DNA from: Blepharisma stoltei ATCC 30299
Lineage: Eukaryota; Protista; Ciliophora
Direction: 5' to 3'
Assembly: GCA_965603825.1 (NCBI GenBank)
Contig: CBFDEM010000017.1
Span: 1-64,000, forward strand
DNA: 64,000 nt
Under the pieces are notes generated by a model. That model was not told where the DNA came from and searched no databases. It saw only the letters and a program-made list of their open reading frames with translations. Below, piece after piece: positions 62,676-64,000 of this stretch. Positions within the stretch are counted from its first letter, which is position 1; every line of letters starts with the position of its first letter. The position numbers and the translations under genes were made by a program.

Positions 62676-63239
62676 TTAATTTCATTTCACCTTTTCCACT
62701 CCTTCAGCTACTCTTTTAAACAATAAATCGACGTTGAGAGCGGACTTAGCTGAGGTTTCCAGCCAATCCATCCCATTTGCAGTCGCAAAATCCTTAGCTA
62801 CAAACTCATCAACCATTTTAGGCTCTTTGTCTGCTTTATTTCCGACCAGATATAGCAAGCAATCAGGAACCTGGTCTTTAAGTGTCTTTACCCAATATTG
62901 GACTCTACTAAAAGAGTGCTGGTTTGAGACATCATATACAATTATCGCTGCAGTTGAATTCCTATAATACATAGGCATCAATGATAAAAATCTGTCTTGC
63001 CCAGCAGTGTCCCAGATGTTTAGAACAACCATTTTCTCATTGCTTAAGGCTACCTTCTTCTCCAAATATGCGCCTCCGATTGTAACTTCATGATTTTCAT
63101 TAAACTCTCCCCTGTCAAATCTCCATAGAAGCGAGGACTTCCCCACTCCTGAGTCGCCAAGGAGGACCACTTTGGACTCAGTTTTAGACGACGTGTTTAA
63201 GGTGGGCGATCCTTGACGCTTTGGTGATTTGCAGCACAT
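62676..63239 (-). CDS. Tandem paralog of the Rab5b-like GTPase, 187 aa
   Basis: Same motifs; ends EKVK-TGA(W)-N-TAA, colinear with the paralog's KLK-GGA-N-TAA. Confidence 0.9.
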
Positions 63240-63269
63240 ATTTATTTAAATCGGTAAATATTTAGCAAT

Positions 63270-64000
63270 TTAGTTAGTTGCATTTGACAGCGATGCAACG
63301 TGGTTTTTTAGCCGATTGAAGCCTTTATTGTCAGAAGAATTTTCAATCCCCACGCTTAGTAGCTTATGAGGACCCCTTCGAGCCTGCTCATAAACCATGT
63401 CTTTGTATTTTAGGAATTGGTCAAACTGGAACTTCCTTTCTTTGTGCAATTCAAACCAGTAAAGCACGATCCCTGCATAAAACCTCAGAAAAGTGTGGTA
63501 TAAGTCCTTCTCTTTCCCTATCAGCTTGTTAAGCCTACCTTCCTTCAAGCAAGAAACTGCTATCCTCGCTAGCTCAAGCAGTACAATTGCCCAAGGAAAG
63601 CCACAGAACGTATCTTTTGATGCAAGCAGCATTTGCTTCGAGTATTTGTAATACTTATTCACCATATATAATAGACATAACAACCCAGCCAGTCCAATTT
63701 CGCCTAAATCATCCTGAGGACTACTGCCTGAAAATCCAATTTCCATCCAATGAGGACCTATTATAGGACAGTCTGATTGAGAGCTAGTAATTATTTTATA
63801 AACTGTCATAATCATAGACAAGTGGAAACTTTGGGATGAATCGAAATCTGTACACGACAATACAAGTAGCCTTTCTTTTTCTGCATTGCTCTCGCGGTCA
63901 AGCTTAGGCATACTTGGTGCAAAGCACGCAGAAAAGAATGAGAAAAATGATTTTTTCTTTGGGATCAGAGTCCGGCGGATCTCATCAGAAATTTTGATTT
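63270..64000 (-). CDS. ELMO/CED-12 domain (ELMOD-like) protein, 5' end outside the window
   Basis: HWMEIGFSGSSPQDDLGEIGLAGLLCLLY, GFPWAIV, F..FY.G....WF; the frame is open to base 64000. Confidence 0.8.
   Translation of the reverse strand, partial: IKISDEIRRTLIPKKKSFFSFFSACFAPSMPKLDRESNAEKERLLVLSCTDFDSSQSFHLSMIMTVYKIITSSQSDCPIIGPHWMEIGFSGSSPQDDLGEIGLAGLLCLLYMVNKYYKYSKQMLLASKDTFCGFPWAIVLLELARIAVSCLKEGRLNKLIGKEKDLYHTFLRFYAGIVLYWFELHKERKFQFDQFLKYKDMVYEQARRGPHKLLSVGIENSSDNKGFNRLKNHVASLSNATN

Noticed and set aside
5343-62967. Numerous antisense or overlapping ORFs (e.g. 5343-5813, 20865-21386, 42156-42713, 56553-57008, 62734-62967)
   Set aside because: Shadows of real genes on the opposite strand, with F/S/L-rich mirror composition.
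1-64000. CRISPR arrays, tRNA/rRNA genes, transposase or reverse-transcriptase ORFs
   Set aside because: None recognised. The only long tandem repeat is spacer-less telomere, and the DNA is eukaryotic.

Overview
Telomere-capped end of an AT-rich, gene-dense ciliate macronuclear chromosome, most likely a heterotrich of the Blepharisma type. Three signatures support this. (1) About 2.25 kb of (CCCTAACA)n telomere. (2) TGA read as Trp: it falls at invariant Trp positions and alternates with TGG between paralogs, and all true stops are TAA/TAG. (3) 24 tiny 15/16-nt GT-AG introns. The supplied ORF track is therefore fragmented, and I rebuilt the genes by hand. From 3.4 to 11.5 kb are a C2H2 zinc finger, TIM23, two hypothetical proteins and a 1188-aa TRP-like channel. 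From 12 to 36.5 kb is a fast-evolving tandem array of MGCC-acylated CDPK-like pseudokinases (HRD->HLG/HHG, DFG->xFS/xFT). It has 9 copies in three architectures plus 2 relics, interleaved with a pseudo-GTPase ARF, an ARF pseudogene chimera and a perfect 21-bp GC-rich hairpin, and is closed by a DHHC palmitoyltransferase. From 37 to 64 kb are tightly packed housekeeping genes: ODAD1-like, RPF2, kinesin-8, ATG2, VPS25, PP2C, CCDC113, SINA-like, DBP4, MED14, an M48 peptidase, two Rab5b-like GTPases that start MCC and have no prenylation site, and an Arg-less ELMOD protein. A kelch pseudogene also lies in this region. The best candidate for a novel system is the membrane-anchored, Ca2+-binding pseudo-CDPK family and its neighbouring pseudoenzymes. 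All family assignments come from motif recognition by eye; no database searches were run.
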